A stretch of 64,000 nucleotides of DNA from an uncultured virus (IMG/VR IMGVR_UViG_3300032093_000024) (IMGVR_UViG_3300032093_000024); one strand, 5' to 3'; numbered from the stretch's first letter, positions 29,901-38,670 are shown. The notes: generated by a model from the sequence alone, not told the origin. A program made the numbers and translations.

Positions 29901-32459
29901 TCTTTTATAAAAAGATGCGGTAGCAAAAGCAAATGTTGGTCTAAAAAATTTCTCGTTTCTCGGGTCAATATTAAATGTATCGGTATTATATGTTACAACA
30001 GGTGTATCTAAACCATCTTGTAAATCTTCAAGTATAATAGATGCCAAAACCGATGCAGAAGTAATATATGCTGGTCCAGATGCTGCCGATTGTGAAGACA
30101 TTAAATAAATGGTTCTTCTCGTGTCAATTGAATCTCTATTAAATGTAGCATTATAATTTATTTCTCCACTACCTAAAGAACCACTTGTTAATCCTTTTAT
30201 AAATTTACTAGAGGAAGCCTTTGCAAGATTAATAAACTTTTCAGGTTCAGTTAGTGGGTTAAGCGATGCAGATAATACGTGCAATTGCTTATCAGGCCAT
30301 CCTTTTTCCGGTTTAGTTAAACTACTTATTTCAATATCATTAACACCATCAATTCTAATTGCCTGAATTTCTAATGATTGTGTACTACTATTTTTAATTT
30401 GAGTTCCTCTGTATGGTCTGATGATGTGATTAACTCCACCAAATCCATCTAATACTCTGCTGAATATAACCGTATCGGTAAACCCTTCAACTTCTCCAGT
30501 AATTTTTACTATCTGAACAGTTTTATCACTTCTTGATCCTGTAAAATGTTGAACTGTCATTGTTGGTGCATCGGATGTGATTCCATCTAATAAACCAGGA
30601 TAACCACCTCCAGAAGTTATTGAGGCGGTATATTCATGTCCAAATAATTCATTACCATCAAAATCAAAAGATTGAGATGTATAGGTTACCGAACCTGTTA
30701 ATAAATTTTTAGTAACACTAAACCCAACAACGGTTGGCGGTACTGGGTTTGAACCCGAATCAAATTGAAATTGTAAAGAACGAGGAGTAAATACTAATCC
30801 TTTTTGTAATTTTTGTAAATTACCACCATTAAAAGTTTTACTTGCTTCAACTAAAACAGGAATGTAATTATTATTAATATCGTAAAATTCAAAACGATAA
30901 TCAAATGTTTCTTCAGGTAAACTTCTTGGTACACTTTGTATAAATGTAATCTCATCAGGAGAATATGCAGTTTCTTGCGATGCTCTTAAACTAACATCCG
31001 AAATATACCAATCATTTCCTTTAACTTCAAAATAAAGTTTTGTATTATTAGATTCTTCTGCTTTAAAATTTGCAGTTATTTGATTCTTTTGTAATAGAGA
31101 ATTATCAGAAGTTATAGTAACAATATTTTTTTCTACCTGTACAGTTTTTGGTGAACCATTTACAGTAGCAATTTTTGAACCACTTAAAAAAGCTCTCAAA
31201 TAATTATTTGCAGAAACTGAACCATCACCAACTCTTGTATTAAAAGTTAGTGTATATTCAATATTTTCAGTAACTCCTAAAGAAGCGGTTGTATAGAAAT
31301 AGTTTGAGTTTGGACTATCTAATTGTACAGAATTATATAAATAATTTTGATTAAAACTAGCAACTATACTATTTGATGATGTGGCCCAATAATTTTTATA
31401 ATTTGTATTATCAAATAGACCATAGAATTCTTCATTCTTAATTTGAGATTCTAAATCTCTTAATATTTCGTTTGATTCTAATCTTATTTCTTGAACAAAT
31501 TGATAATCAGCTAAATCGGATTGCGATTTTCTAAATATTTTTACTCTAGCCACATCACCAATAAATGTTGTTAAATCAGTTAGAACAATTTTAGCAAATG
31601 AACCAGTCAATGCTGTTTTTAAATTATTAACTCCTTCAACATAATTAAAAGATGCGGTATATCCTTCATTTTCAAAATTTGAAACTAAACTATTTTCAGT
31701 ATAAGGATTTGATACCAATACTTCTTTATTATTTAATACACTATCAACATTAAAATTATAACCCAAAGTTGGTGCAAAAATTTGAGTTCCAACAACTGAA
31801 CCCGTCCAATTTGTAGAATCTTCAATTCTTAAAACATAAGTTGCTGGTAAAGTGTAATTAAACAGATACTCACCAATTTTTGGAAATTGTGCAATACCAC
31901 TCATAGAACCAGTCTGCACAACGGTAGTTGTTACATTATTAAAAATTGGTTTTACAATCTCTGAAATAGAAACTTTTGGTCTTCTATAAAATCTTACTTT
32001 ATCTTCGTTTGATAATAATCTATTGACCTGAAAACTTTTCTCCCATTTTACATTATAAACATTTTTCCATTCATCAGGCACATCCCTAACAACACCGCCT
32101 TCTTCAATGTATGTTTTTAGTTCACCTAATATTGTTATTTTTGCAGTACCAATTGGAGTATCCTCGTATATATAAACTGCAACTACTTTAGATGTACCTT
32201 CGTAATATTCAGGTACACCATTACCAGGTTCAAAATATATTGGATTACCTTCTACATCTAATATTTGTATTTTAATTTCGGTAGTTTCTTTTAAATGCTC
32301 ACTACCCTCAATTAAAAATCCATTTTTACCACCTGTAAAAGAATCTTTAAACTCTGTTATTTTAAAATAGGTAGAGTTTGGATTATTATCTACAATGTAT
32401 GTTTGAAATGAAGATAAATTTTGAGTTAGGGTTTCGCCAAATTTTTTAATTACTGCCAT
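23985..32459 (-). CDS. Giant tail fibre / receptor-binding protein with C-terminal intramolecular chaperone (peptidase S74-like)
   Basis: 2824 aa, beta-rich and S/T/G-rich. C-terminal DSSARFKYDIKD..IGIIAEEL..LWKAVQELSQRVESLE. Confidence 0.85.
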   Translation of the reverse strand: MAVIKKFGETLTQNLSSFQTYIVDNNPNSTYFKITEFKDSFTGGKNGFLIEGSEHLKETTEIKIQILDVEGNPIYFEPGNGVPEYYEGTSKVVAVYIYEDTPIGTAKITILGELKTYIEEGGVVRDVPDEWKNVYNVKWEKSFQVNRLLSNEDKVRFYRRPKVSISEIVKPIFNNVTTTVVQTGSMSGIAQFPKIGEYLFNYTLPATYVLRIEDSTNWTGSVVGTQIFAPTLGYNFNVDSVLNNKEVLVSNPYTENSLVSNFENEGYTASFNYVEGVNNLKTALTGSFAKIVLTDLTTFIGDVARVKIFRKSQSDLADYQFVQEIRLESNEILRDLESQIKNEEFYGLFDNTNYKNYWATSSNSIVASFNQNYLYNSVQLDSPNSNYFYTTASLGVTENIEYTLTFNTRVGDGSVSANNYLRAFLSGSKIATVNGSPKTVQVEKNIVTITSDNSLLQKNQITANFKAEESNNTKLYFEVKGNDWYISDVSLRASQETAYSPDEITFIQSVPRSLPEETFDYRFEFYDINNNYIPVLVEASKTFNGGNLQKLQKGLVFTPRSLQFQFDSGSNPVPPTVVGFSVTKNLLTGSVTYTSQSFDFDGNELFGHEYTASITSGGGYPGLLDGITSDAPTMTVQHFTGSRSDKTVQIVKITGEVEGFTDTVIFSRVLDGFGGVNHIIRPYRGTQIKNSSTQSLEIQAIRIDGVNDIEISSLTKPEKGWPDKQLHVLSASLNPLTEPEKFINLAKASSSKFIKGLTSGSLGSGEINYNATFNRDSIDTRRTIYLMSSQSAASGPAYITSASVLASIILEDLQDGLDTPVVTYNTDTFNIDPRNEKFFRPTFAFATASFYKRGTTDQITASFQVFPSMSLNTDWVPEYWLYYTTQSVDSTIKVVAVDEAKRIIPAGALNSVVRSPLSQSKNITFTFTYNEPYTSPSSTTASISVDKTFTIVPQGTPGDETIVFEVNPIAITLAANSRGIVNDYKPSITDIRLKQGARYLAFSSSAASHPFFSHGQFYIASSSIIEQNVKAGNIHFTSSFGVPFTASLIVSQSSNLTNLSGSITYPLVIHPYFTSSIYTASVVVNYTKVLDGAPPIQIVISPTSVAIPADEVGYVSSYANANTSITVKEGDDFLLYNTSSLPGTWKINSIETRTGNVWNIRTGSLVTGSASSSFGTFNRFDYPYVSASATYTIQVYPNALGSGHEYTSSVFTRTQTFTKNVSVPNARTLQLVASSDTITYDRDGGNFVPAEPIVLRATAFNTTGSLELGGLTGTANTFDWYIIEDDGVTETPLGETRYYPNKNAQNNYFDELIIDSTYTPGPGQKKTFKVYFWDGTNLITSFPFKAEAQITISGLKSGADAYKIAADNVNTSITADLFSTSSLGTAIKLPTFKGTSSLQNVITGNYPAPQSSDNGIDGLPLGILGFSSASIYSKSPWILLATNRILTNPASMPDIIGWEKPAINKTGEIVYKVEFEGYSNQVATNPINRPPTRATEFVTQSFSVNFTEPAPYNIQMQNDNTSVVYRVSGEIELGNTSNIIRAYRGSYELAHKQSGSFTNLKIDAYGSSSYELQCRVRVSSKPNYIHLANDNISLAYGWLYGNPATMPGITAWDNPETNIAGEIVYEINCEDRQTFYKTQSLSVQFEGNTGPGIVMRGQWNETEDYIGSVETTNQRRDAVIFPDPTGSSGDTHYWAAISGSGPGTFDNNAVLVGKRLPTNPLSPTYTDTAYWQYLGQQDFFVAAKIAIFEESYVKNTINVGTYNNTSKYANIVLAGGRPDPYISVGQHGTVGTGGTSGTSNNPSTAGAAGTSGTGIIGYDRPGIWMGLYEQGASGTYGRLSIKDYSGNNFMKWDGESLILSGLLNAGGMKLGRGVNGANNGLYLNANNYWYDTGNDFKVGASTNYLAWDGTSLILRGALKQTPGGVNEGRIMGPWASGILYYTNDIVTYSGNTWTSNSDHTSTNNTNVTTGYPGAGPWTIAPIAAKLLRLEASSQVFIEAQNGTLSPNYIEFTSNKQNISATTSWTTSPSVTLYDSATGGSVTTTGNTVYLRKADFGSNTLVEVTATADSITDTITVARVQEGTDALTIILTNEAHTLPAASDGTVSSYAGSGTDIYIYEGATQLDYDGVGTAAGKFTVSTATSNITAGGITDGGNYAVVANHSNMTADQATVTYTLAGKKLNGDSFSITKVQSLTKSRAGAAGANGAAGPGISFVGECTSLDSSFVWVSNTTSKMVTLASGTYYLLKNAADGLTKGTTGCPPNATYFETMANFASVATDILLAKDANIYRSLVIGQSGTNGGIIRSANATSLVGPAGGPGFYLQDDGKFRFGNITGSGLPYIYWDNANLTIKGKIVTDNTVISEIGNWRVEQGKLQDVNEFIVLNPNDVTITVNNTSDEKVIEISQANLPAVGGGGGSFVMSTIPGISMNGSYNSSSPLLNEITALDTTGVSISSAGQYKVNSISWGANPFYMNSNGSFSGYLYFEIFVEVWDTANFTGNLIHTFNVGYSDNLGGPFDEGAFYASSGYPVYVTIPSAGTYYFHVRGVVQCYIDSGVGSITGGTWSINTGNTFNKQLSQVNVAGNGFLAAADIDNYVKIERSTSVPLLDVASNSSVPAVRIENAHASAAALEIVDGPLDMSNQNIVDVNTFTWNLANSGYEGTIGAITTGGQTRPSLQLKNIPGSSQLGGERRDVQIKIDAGGFQWWLCRFDSSARFKYDIKDWTHPSLIESINKTPIRTFYWNVDKELENPKKQIGIIAEELEAAGLEEWVDYELEDDPENPTGPQKKVVQSINKGELVFVLWKAVQELSQRVESLEAAISGSK

Positions 32460-32479
32460 CTATGCTTGAGATTATATAA

Positions 32480-32488
32480 GATAAATAT
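32480..32488 (-). promoter_or_regulatory. Putative late promoter motif ATATTTATC
   Basis: Upstream of the tail fibre ATG at 32459. Confidence 0.6.
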
Positions 32489-32548
32489 TCAGATAATTTT
32501 TTATCTTTATAATTATATATAGAAATCTAAAGAAAACTAAAGAAGTGT

Positions 32549-32722
32549 ATGAAAAAATATGCAATGATACAAATTGATGCACAAATACATCAATTATTGA
32601 AGGATTTTTGTAAGGAGAAAGGTTACAAAATTAATGGGTTGGTAGAAACCCTTATAAAAGAAAAAGTGGAATCTGTTAAAAAGACTCCACCAAAAAATGT
32701 ATTACCCGTTACTAAAAGTTAA
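32549..32722 (+). CDS. Small ribbon-helix-helix-like DNA-binding protein (57 aa)
   Basis: Below the ORF-track cutoff. MKKYAMIQIDAQIHQLLKDFCKEKGYKINGLVETLIKEKVESVKKTPPKNVLPVTKS* has an alternating beta strand followed by helix-G-helix, and fills the intergenic gap. Confidence 0.7.
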   Translation: MKKYAMIQIDAQIHQLLKDFCKEKGYKINGLVETLIKEKVESVKKTPPKNVLPVTKS

Positions 32723-35700
32723 TTTTTGAAAACCCATTTTCCTTTCGGATTTCAATTAACCCATCCACAATATCTCTCATTTGTTCCAAATGGGAAATCA
32801 TCCAAATAAAATCAAATTGTGTTTTTAAATACTGCATCATCATAAAGAGTGATGAGAGATTATCTGCATCCAAAGTCCCAAACCCTTCATCAATTACTAA
32901 AAAGTTAGGTCTTGGTAATCCACAAATATTAATTAGAGCCACTCTAATGGCAAGGCCCGATATAAATTTTTCCATACCGCTACACATCTCTAAAGTCCAT
33001 TGTTGGTCCTCATAAACAATTTTAGCATTAATATTTTTACCGTCAGTATCCATTGAAAGTGAAAAATCCACAACCTGTGCAAGTATGTTATTAACTTCTG
33101 ATTCAATTACTGGCATCGCTTTAGATATAAGTTCATAAGGAACACCATCTTTCTTTACAGCATCTAAATAATATGTGTACAATTCGTTTTTAATTTCTAA
33201 TTCTTTAACTTCTTGAATCTTAGCTTTAGTACCATTGATATATGATTCCAATGAACCTATCTCACCAGTAACACCCAATATTTTTCTATTGGTATCCTTA
33301 ATAAGATTTTCCAATTGTTTTTTATCAGTTTCTAATTGTTTAATTTCCTCATTAATCTTTTTATTCTTTTCAATTGTTGCCTGATTATCGTAATACTTCT
33401 GAATATCAGCCTGAACAGTATCTAATTGATTTAGTAATAATTCATAATGAGTATTTAATGATTGTAACTCAGCTTCAGCCTTTTCAGATACTACTACACC
33501 TTTTTGGTATTTGTTTCTTAAATCAGATAAAGTGTTCCAAACATCCTCAACTTCGGCAAACGGTTCAGCTTCTTTGATGAGTGAATGATGTTTTGTATTA
33601 AGTTCTTCCAATTGTGTTTCCTGAACCTTTACAATCTCTTTTGTGGCAATAGCATCTTTTACAAACACATTGTTCATACAAAATTTACAATTTGGGTCAT
33701 ATTCATGCTTTTCCAAATGTGATAGTTTCTCTAAATTTCTTTCATATTGAGATTCTAAACGGTCTATTTGTTGATTGATATCTGCCAATTTTCCTTTTGC
33801 AGCATCCCATTCTTTTTTAGCGGTATCAATAGGTAATCCATTTACAATATCATGTCTACCAATGGAACCTGAAACCTCTACCAGAAGGGTCTGGTACTCC
33901 ACGATTTTGTTTTGTTTATCTTCCCTATGTTTCTTATTAAGTTCAATTTTTTCCTTAATTTCACCCCTTAAAACCTCTAATGAGTGAAGTTCTAACTTTG
34001 AATCAATTGGTGTTAGGGATTCCTTAAGGTCAGATATTTGGTTTTGAATTTTATCCTTAGCGGTTGTATCGGTTTTTAACATCCCATTCAACTCTTTCAA
34101 TTCATCTTTTTTCTTTTTTAAGTCGCCGTCTTTAGTCGCCAATTCGGAAGTGAAATCCGTCCTTTTGAAATTTCTGATAAGTACTGCCACCTCCTTAATC
34201 TCCTCACTCGCCATATCATACAGCTTATCAAATATATCCAGTCCCATAAATTGAGCAAGAAGGTCTTTTCTTTCTGATTGGCTCTTATCAATGAATAGGG
34301 CGTTATTACCTTGTAGTGAAAGAGCAGTGAGTACGAAATCCTCATACCTTCCCACATACCCTTCAATGACTTGATTGGTATCCCTTCTCTCCGTTCCATT
34401 TAGTATCTCCTTACCACCATCACCATCTCTCCAAAATTGTACATCCACCTTTACGTTTCTACCTTTATTAATAGTTCTTGCTTCCCTACGAATGTGGTAT
34501 CCTACACCCTCCACTTCAAAATCTAATTGGCAATGGAAGTCACCTTTTCGGTTATTCATAATATGTGCTGCCTTATACGCTCTACTACACTTATCAAATA
34601 GACAGAATGAGATTGCATCAAATAGAGATGATTTACCTGCTGCATTTGGTGCAAATAATCCCATCAGTCCATTTACCTTATCAAAGTGGATTACATTATC
34701 TTCACCATAACTGAACATATTAGAGAATTCAAATCTTACCGGCTTCCATTTCACGTTTCTTGTCAGCTCGTCCAAAACTATTCTACTATTGATTTCTCTA
34801 TTAAGGGATTGTATTCCTTGTATATCATCTTCGCTCACAAACGGCATCATTCTTCGGATGTAATCGGTAATAAGAGAGTTTTGGTAGTTGATGTCATTAA
34901 TATCTTCCAACTCTAATTTATTATCTCTATCACCGGTCTTTCTCTTTTGTAAACTATCCGTCCTTATAGTTGTAAAATCATCAACTCCATATTTTATTTT
35001 GATTTCGGTGATTGCCCTTTTTGTATCTGCTGCATCTGTCTCCGAAAACCTTACACGAAGACGTGGGTACATAGGTAAATCAGTAACGTCAGGAACAACT
35101 CCTCCGATAATATCCATTGTGTAATACCCATAATCATTTTGTATATCAACTTCTTCATATGTTAATGTTTCTAAATCCCAAACCAGAAAACCATGCTTAT
35201 CTAAAGTTTCACCAAAGTTTTGTTGCACCAATGAACCTGCATAAACACACTTACAACCTTTAGGGGAGATTAGTTCTTGTCTTTTGTGGATATCACCTAA
35301 TAGGGCTAAATCGTAACCATCAAACATATCAGTTGTGAAATGTCGCGATGATACAACGTAGCCTATATCGGTTTGTGAATGGTCCACAGGTCCATGAAAT
35401 AGTGCAATCTTTTTTCTGGCCGGCATCATTATCCAATCATCTGCCTTTGGCCAATTATCTTTATTATCAAATATTGAGAATACTGCAAACGCTACTTTAT
35501 CTTCCCAAAATATTTGAGTATCTTTTAAATAATGAAAGTTTGGTAAATTTAACGCCTCTACTATTGGAGTTAGTACATCCAAACGGTCACTATTGTTCAT
35601 ATTACAATCGTGATTACCCGCAATAAGAATGGTTTTACAATGTTTTGCACATTCAGTAAATAACCAACTAATCTCTTTCACCAATTCAGGTGACATTTCT

Positions 35701-35864
35701 AATTTAGCATGCGCTATATCACCCGCTAAATAAATGATTGAATCTTCCGTTCCTCTTTGGCGGATTTCTTCAAACATCTTTTCAAATACACCTCTAAATT
35801 CTTTATGCCTCTTTACATTACGAATATGAATATCCGCAATATGATATATTCTTTTTAAACTCAT
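32712..35864 (-). CDS. Fused Mre11/SbcD nuclease and Rad50/SbcC ATPase (T4 gp47+gp46-like)
   Basis: ADIH, GD, GNHD, FHG and LGDIH phosphoesterase motifs; Walker A APNAAGKSS; Zn hook CKFC; signature CSGME; Walker B VIDEGFG; ISH. Confidence 0.92.
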   Translation of the reverse strand: MSLKRIYHIADIHIRNVKRHKEFRGVFEKMFEEIRQRGTEDSIIYLAGDIAHAKLEMSPELVKEISWLFTECAKHCKTILIAGNHDCNMNNSDRLDVLTPIVEALNLPNFHYLKDTQIFWEDKVAFAVFSIFDNKDNWPKADDWIMMPARKKIALFHGPVDHSQTDIGYVVSSRHFTTDMFDGYDLALLGDIHKRQELISPKGCKCVYAGSLVQQNFGETLDKHGFLVWDLETLTYEEVDIQNDYGYYTMDIIGGVVPDVTDLPMYPRLRVRFSETDAADTKRAITEIKIKYGVDDFTTIRTDSLQKRKTGDRDNKLELEDINDINYQNSLITDYIRRMMPFVSEDDIQGIQSLNREINSRIVLDELTRNVKWKPVRFEFSNMFSYGEDNVIHFDKVNGLMGLFAPNAAGKSSLFDAISFCLFDKCSRAYKAAHIMNNRKGDFHCQLDFEVEGVGYHIRREARTINKGRNVKVDVQFWRDGDGGKEILNGTERRDTNQVIEGYVGRYEDFVLTALSLQGNNALFIDKSQSERKDLLAQFMGLDIFDKLYDMASEEIKEVAVLIRNFKRTDFTSELATKDGDLKKKKDELKELNGMLKTDTTAKDKIQNQISDLKESLTPIDSKLELHSLEVLRGEIKEKIELNKKHREDKQNKIVEYQTLLVEVSGSIGRHDIVNGLPIDTAKKEWDAAKGKLADINQQIDRLESQYERNLEKLSHLEKHEYDPNCKFCMNNVFVKDAIATKEIVKVQETQLEELNTKHHSLIKEAEPFAEVEDVWNTLSDLRNKYQKGVVVSEKAEAELQSLNTHYELLLNQLDTVQADIQKYYDNQATIEKNKKINEEIKQLETDKKQLENLIKDTNRKILGVTGEIGSLESYINGTKAKIQEVKELEIKNELYTYYLDAVKKDGVPYELISKAMPVIESEVNNILAQVVDFSLSMDTDGKNINAKIVYEDQQWTLEMCSGMEKFISGLAIRVALINICGLPRPNFLVIDEGFGTLDADNLSSLFMMMQYLKTQFDFIWMISHLEQMRDIVDGLIEIRKENGFSKINF

Positions 35865-36796
35865 ATATTATTTAACTTTGCCATCACCAAATCATCCCAT
35901 GTGGTTTCTTTGGCCGATTTTAGTATTTCATTTACTTTTTGAAACCCCATTTCACCAGCATCCTTATCGGTTGGTATAATGTTTCGTACTTTTATTCCAT
36001 TCTTTTGAAAGAATTCAGTATGTTTAGTGGAATCATCAACGGCGTCAGAATCTAACATAATTGTTACATCCTTAACACCCTTTTCCATAATTTTATTTTT
36101 GAGTTTGCTGAGTAAGAATTTACCCAACAATGGAATTACATTTCTCTTAACCGAAAATGAATCAAATACACCTTCTACTAAAGTAATAGGTTCGTTCCAA
36201 TTAATCATATTCTCAAATACAATTACATCTCTGCTGATTGGTGGGTTCTTATACTTCATTTTCTCATCTTCATAAAATGAACGAGCTACAAAGTAATTAA
36301 GGTCACCATTATCATCGTATGAAGGTATAATAACCCTTCCACCATATAAACCATCTTCACAATATCCGATGTTATACTTTACGATATCGGCTTGAGTTAT
36401 ACCTCTTTTATTTAAATAGTGTAGTGCTTGATTATAAGATGGGTTGATACCTTTTGGTTTGAAGTATAGTTGTTTAAATTCTTTTGGTAGTTGTAATTTA
36501 GCTACATATTCCTCTTTTGCATCGTATTCAGGCTCATCACCATATACATCTTTTACAACGGATATATCCCTCAGGTCTACATTAAGTTTACGAAGAAGGG
36601 AAGATATACTTCTACCTTTGGAATCACATACCCAACAATGCCATCTTTGAGTATCTAAATTAACCTGCAGTTTCTTTTTGTGGTGGTTACAAAAAGGGCA
36701 ATGGTGGGCTTGTTCATTTCCTTTTAGAGATGAACCAACTCCCAATGCAGAGTCTAATATATTGATTATTTTTAATTTGTTCTTACCCGATAACAT
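35861..36796 (-). CDS. DNA primase (DnaG / T4 gp61-like)
   Basis: Zn finger CPFC.H..HCWVC; RVIIP; TOPRIM VEGVFD..DSDA..KDAGE. Confidence 0.9.
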   Translation of the reverse strand: MLSGKNKLKIINILDSALGVGSSLKGNEQAHHCPFCNHHKKKLQVNLDTQRWHCWVCDSKGRSISSLLRKLNVDLRDISVVKDVYGDEPEYDAKEEYVAKLQLPKEFKQLYFKPKGINPSYNQALHYLNKRGITQADIVKYNIGYCEDGLYGGRVIIPSYDDNGDLNYFVARSFYEDEKMKYKNPPISRDVIVFENMINWNEPITLVEGVFDSFSVKRNVIPLLGKFLLSKLKNKIMEKGVKDVTIMLDSDAVDDSTKHTEFFQKNGIKVRNIIPTDKDAGEMGFQKVNEILKSAKETTWDDLVMAKLNNI

Positions 36797-36825
36797 AATT
36801 TAGGTTATATCCACAAAAACTTATA

Positions 36826-36857
36826 CAAATATACAACTTTTTTGTGTATTATCCAAA
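36826..36857 (-). promoter_or_regulatory. Bacteroidota primary-sigma-type promoter for primase and Mre11-Rad50
   Basis: Minus strand TTTG-N20-TATATTTG upstream of the ATG at 36796. Confidence 0.75.
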
Positions 36858-36863
36858 TTATTA

Positions 36864-37067
36864 TTATCCAAATTTAGAATTTTTTACATCAATAAGAAAA
36901 TCCGCTAAAAATTGAAGTTTTGCAGCTACTTGTTCTCTAGGTTGATTTGCTAGAACTATTTGTTTTAAATCTAATAATGATGCTGCTGCGATTGAATGTG
37001 CATCATCTTTTGAGTTTAAGTATGCATCGGAGATACCATACTTTTTTGAAATTTCAGTAAGTGTCAT
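36864..37067 (-). CDS. Hypothetical protein
   Basis: 67-aa ORF filling the gap within the operon. Confidence 0.55.
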   Translation of the reverse strand: MTLTEISKKYGISDAYLNSKDDAHSIAAASLLDLKQIVLANQPREQVAAKLQFLADFLIDVKNSKFG

Positions 37068-37079
37068 AACGTTTGTTTA

Positions 37080-37487
37080 TTAATATATATCCTTTCGGAA
37101 GAATTTTCCCATTAAATTTTCATTAATAGATTGTGGGTCACTCAAAACATCTAATTTGAACTGCCACCAAACTTCCCAATATGTAAGTGATTTTTTACTA
37201 AAGCAGAATTGGATGATTTCTCTTTCAAAATCTCCACCTCTACCTTCTTTTACTTCTGATTTAATCCATTCGTTTGATGAATAGTATTTCTCCCAATCGG
37301 AAGCTTTACGAACTACTCTTTTACGAACTTTTCCCTTTAGGGGTTTTAAACGGCGAGTTGAAGTAAGTGATTTTTTACCAATATAGAATTTACCAGTTGG
37401 CGTGTGTATTATTTTATAGACAAACCCAACAGCACCTTCAGGTGTGTTTTCTTCTGTAACAATATTTCCCTTAAATTTCCAAGACAT
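37080..37487 (-). CDS. GIY-YIG family nuclease (single domain, T4 endonuclease II-like)
   Basis: GFVY-x10-YIGKK, YYSS, FEREI, and conserved E and N. Confidence 0.75.
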   Translation of the reverse strand: MSWKFKGNIVTEENTPEGAVGFVYKIIHTPTGKFYIGKKSLTSTRRLKPLKGKVRKRVVRKASDWEKYYSSNEWIKSEVKEGRGGDFEREIIQFCFSKKSLTYWEVWWQFKLDVLSDPQSINENLMGKFFRKDIY

Positions 37488-37717
37488 TATTTTGTTTTAG
37501 AAGTCTGAATGGTATCAGTGTATTTTTTTGAACTATTGTATCCACCTGTTGTACCACCAATTGCACCACCTCTAAATTTAGATAAATCAGAATTCATTAA
37601 ATCTTTTGAATTTTGAAATGGTTGCTCTACACCAATAGGAGTTTTATCTACACCCTTTGTATTGGCTTTTGAATCGCTTGGTTTTTTAGTTAATAAAAGT
37701 TCTACTAATTTTGACAT
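37487..37717 (-). CDS. Hypothetical protein
   Basis: 76-aa ORF downstream of a late-type motif. Confidence 0.5.
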   Translation of the reverse strand: MSKLVELLLTKKPSDSKANTKGVDKTPIGVEQPFQNSKDLMNSDLSKFRGGAIGGTTGGYNSSKKYTDTIQTSKTK

Positions 37718-37737
37718 GTCTATGTGTTTTACTTATC

Positions 37738-37746
37738 TATAAATAT
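37738..37746 (-). promoter_or_regulatory. Putative late promoter motif ATATTTATA
   Basis: Upstream of the ATG at 37717. Confidence 0.65.
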
Positions 37747-37750
37747 AACC

Positions 37751-38611
37751 TTATGTATCAAAACGAATTATAAAATTTACTGGATAATCAGGTATTGATT
37801 TAATTGGTTGTGGAAGTTTTGCTACCGCAACCATATTTAGTTGTTCATCATACAATCCTATTGTTGTAATAAAAGGTGCTAAATAAGAACCAGTTCTATC
37901 TAATGATGAACTATATTCGTAATCGGCAAATCCACCCTTTTTGTTAGAATCTATTGATGAAGTAAAACTATGAAGTTTTATTCTACCAACCGTTCCATCG
38001 GGATCATAATCAACCGCCGATGGATTTTGTGATACATTAAATTCGTTTTCTAATACTGATATAAAAATTTCATTTTCAAATATTGTTTTTGTAGAACGAT
38101 AGTTTAAATTAAATGTATTTAACATTGAACCACTTTCAACATCTCTAGTAACAATCACCAAACCTCTATCATAAAATATATTTCCCGCTACATTGCTACC
38201 AGAATCTAGAAGATTTGAGTATCCATCATCCGTATAGGTTTTTGAAGTTGTTTCATCTTCTAAAATAACGGTACCCGGTTTTATACCTTCTCCATAATAT
38301 ACTTGGGAAATCGGTAATACAACCAATTGATTGTTTAAATTTCTTTCATCCGTAGATGCATAAGATTTTCTCCTTCCTACTTCCGTAAGGACTGAAGCAG
38401 TGGATGCATTTCTATAAAATTGTGCTTTAATAGAACGAAAAAGAGCCTGTTTAGAAATACCATATGATTTTTCTTCAATTTCTTCATCATAGTTTCCAAA
38501 ACTACCACTCTTTGCAAATATCGGATTTATGTCATTTTCATCTAAAGTCCACTCTTTGTAAACTTTAATAGGTCTTACCACAATATCCGATTTTGGAATT
38601 TCTTTAAGCAT
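37751..38611 (-). CDS. Baseplate / fibre-attachment structural protein
   Basis: GNIFYDRG; ENEFNVSQNPS; C-terminal ITTIGLYD..MVAVAKL.QP. Paralogous to 38689..39930. Confidence 0.65.
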   Translation of the reverse strand: MLKEIPKSDIVVRPIKVYKEWTLDENDINPIFAKSGSFGNYDEEIEEKSYGISKQALFRSIKAQFYRNASTASVLTEVGRRKSYASTDERNLNNQLVVLPISQVYYGEGIKPGTVILEDETTSKTYTDDGYSNLLDSGSNVAGNIFYDRGLVIVTRDVESGSMLNTFNLNYRSTKTIFENEIFISVLENEFNVSQNPSAVDYDPDGTVGRIKLHSFTSSIDSNKKGGFADYEYSSSLDRTGSYLAPFITTIGLYDEQLNMVAVAKLPQPIKSIPDYPVNFIIRFDT

Positions 38612-38625
38612 TAAAATGAATTTTA

Positions 38626-38634
38626 TATAAATAT
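38626..38634 (-). promoter_or_regulatory. Putative late promoter motif ATATTTATA
   Basis: Upstream of the ATG at 38611, right after a terminator. Confidence 0.65.
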
Positions 38635-38643
38635 TCTACAAAT

Positions 38644-38670
38644 GAAAAACCCCCTTTAAAGGGGGTTCTC
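38644..38670 (-). terminator. Rho-independent terminator
   Basis: AACCCCC-UUUAAA-GGGGGUU followed by U residues, after 38689..39930. Confidence 0.8.

Noticed and set aside
34100..35100. Apparently higher G+C stretch inside the Mre11-Rad50 gene as a recent import
   Set aside because: Impression by eye only; no boundaries or repeats were seen and it cannot be quantified without computation.
37080..37487. GIY-YIG gene as a mobile homing endonuclease
   Set aside because: It is only 135 aa with no appended DNA-binding domain and is coupled within an operon, so it looks more like a stand-alone endonuclease II-type nuclease.
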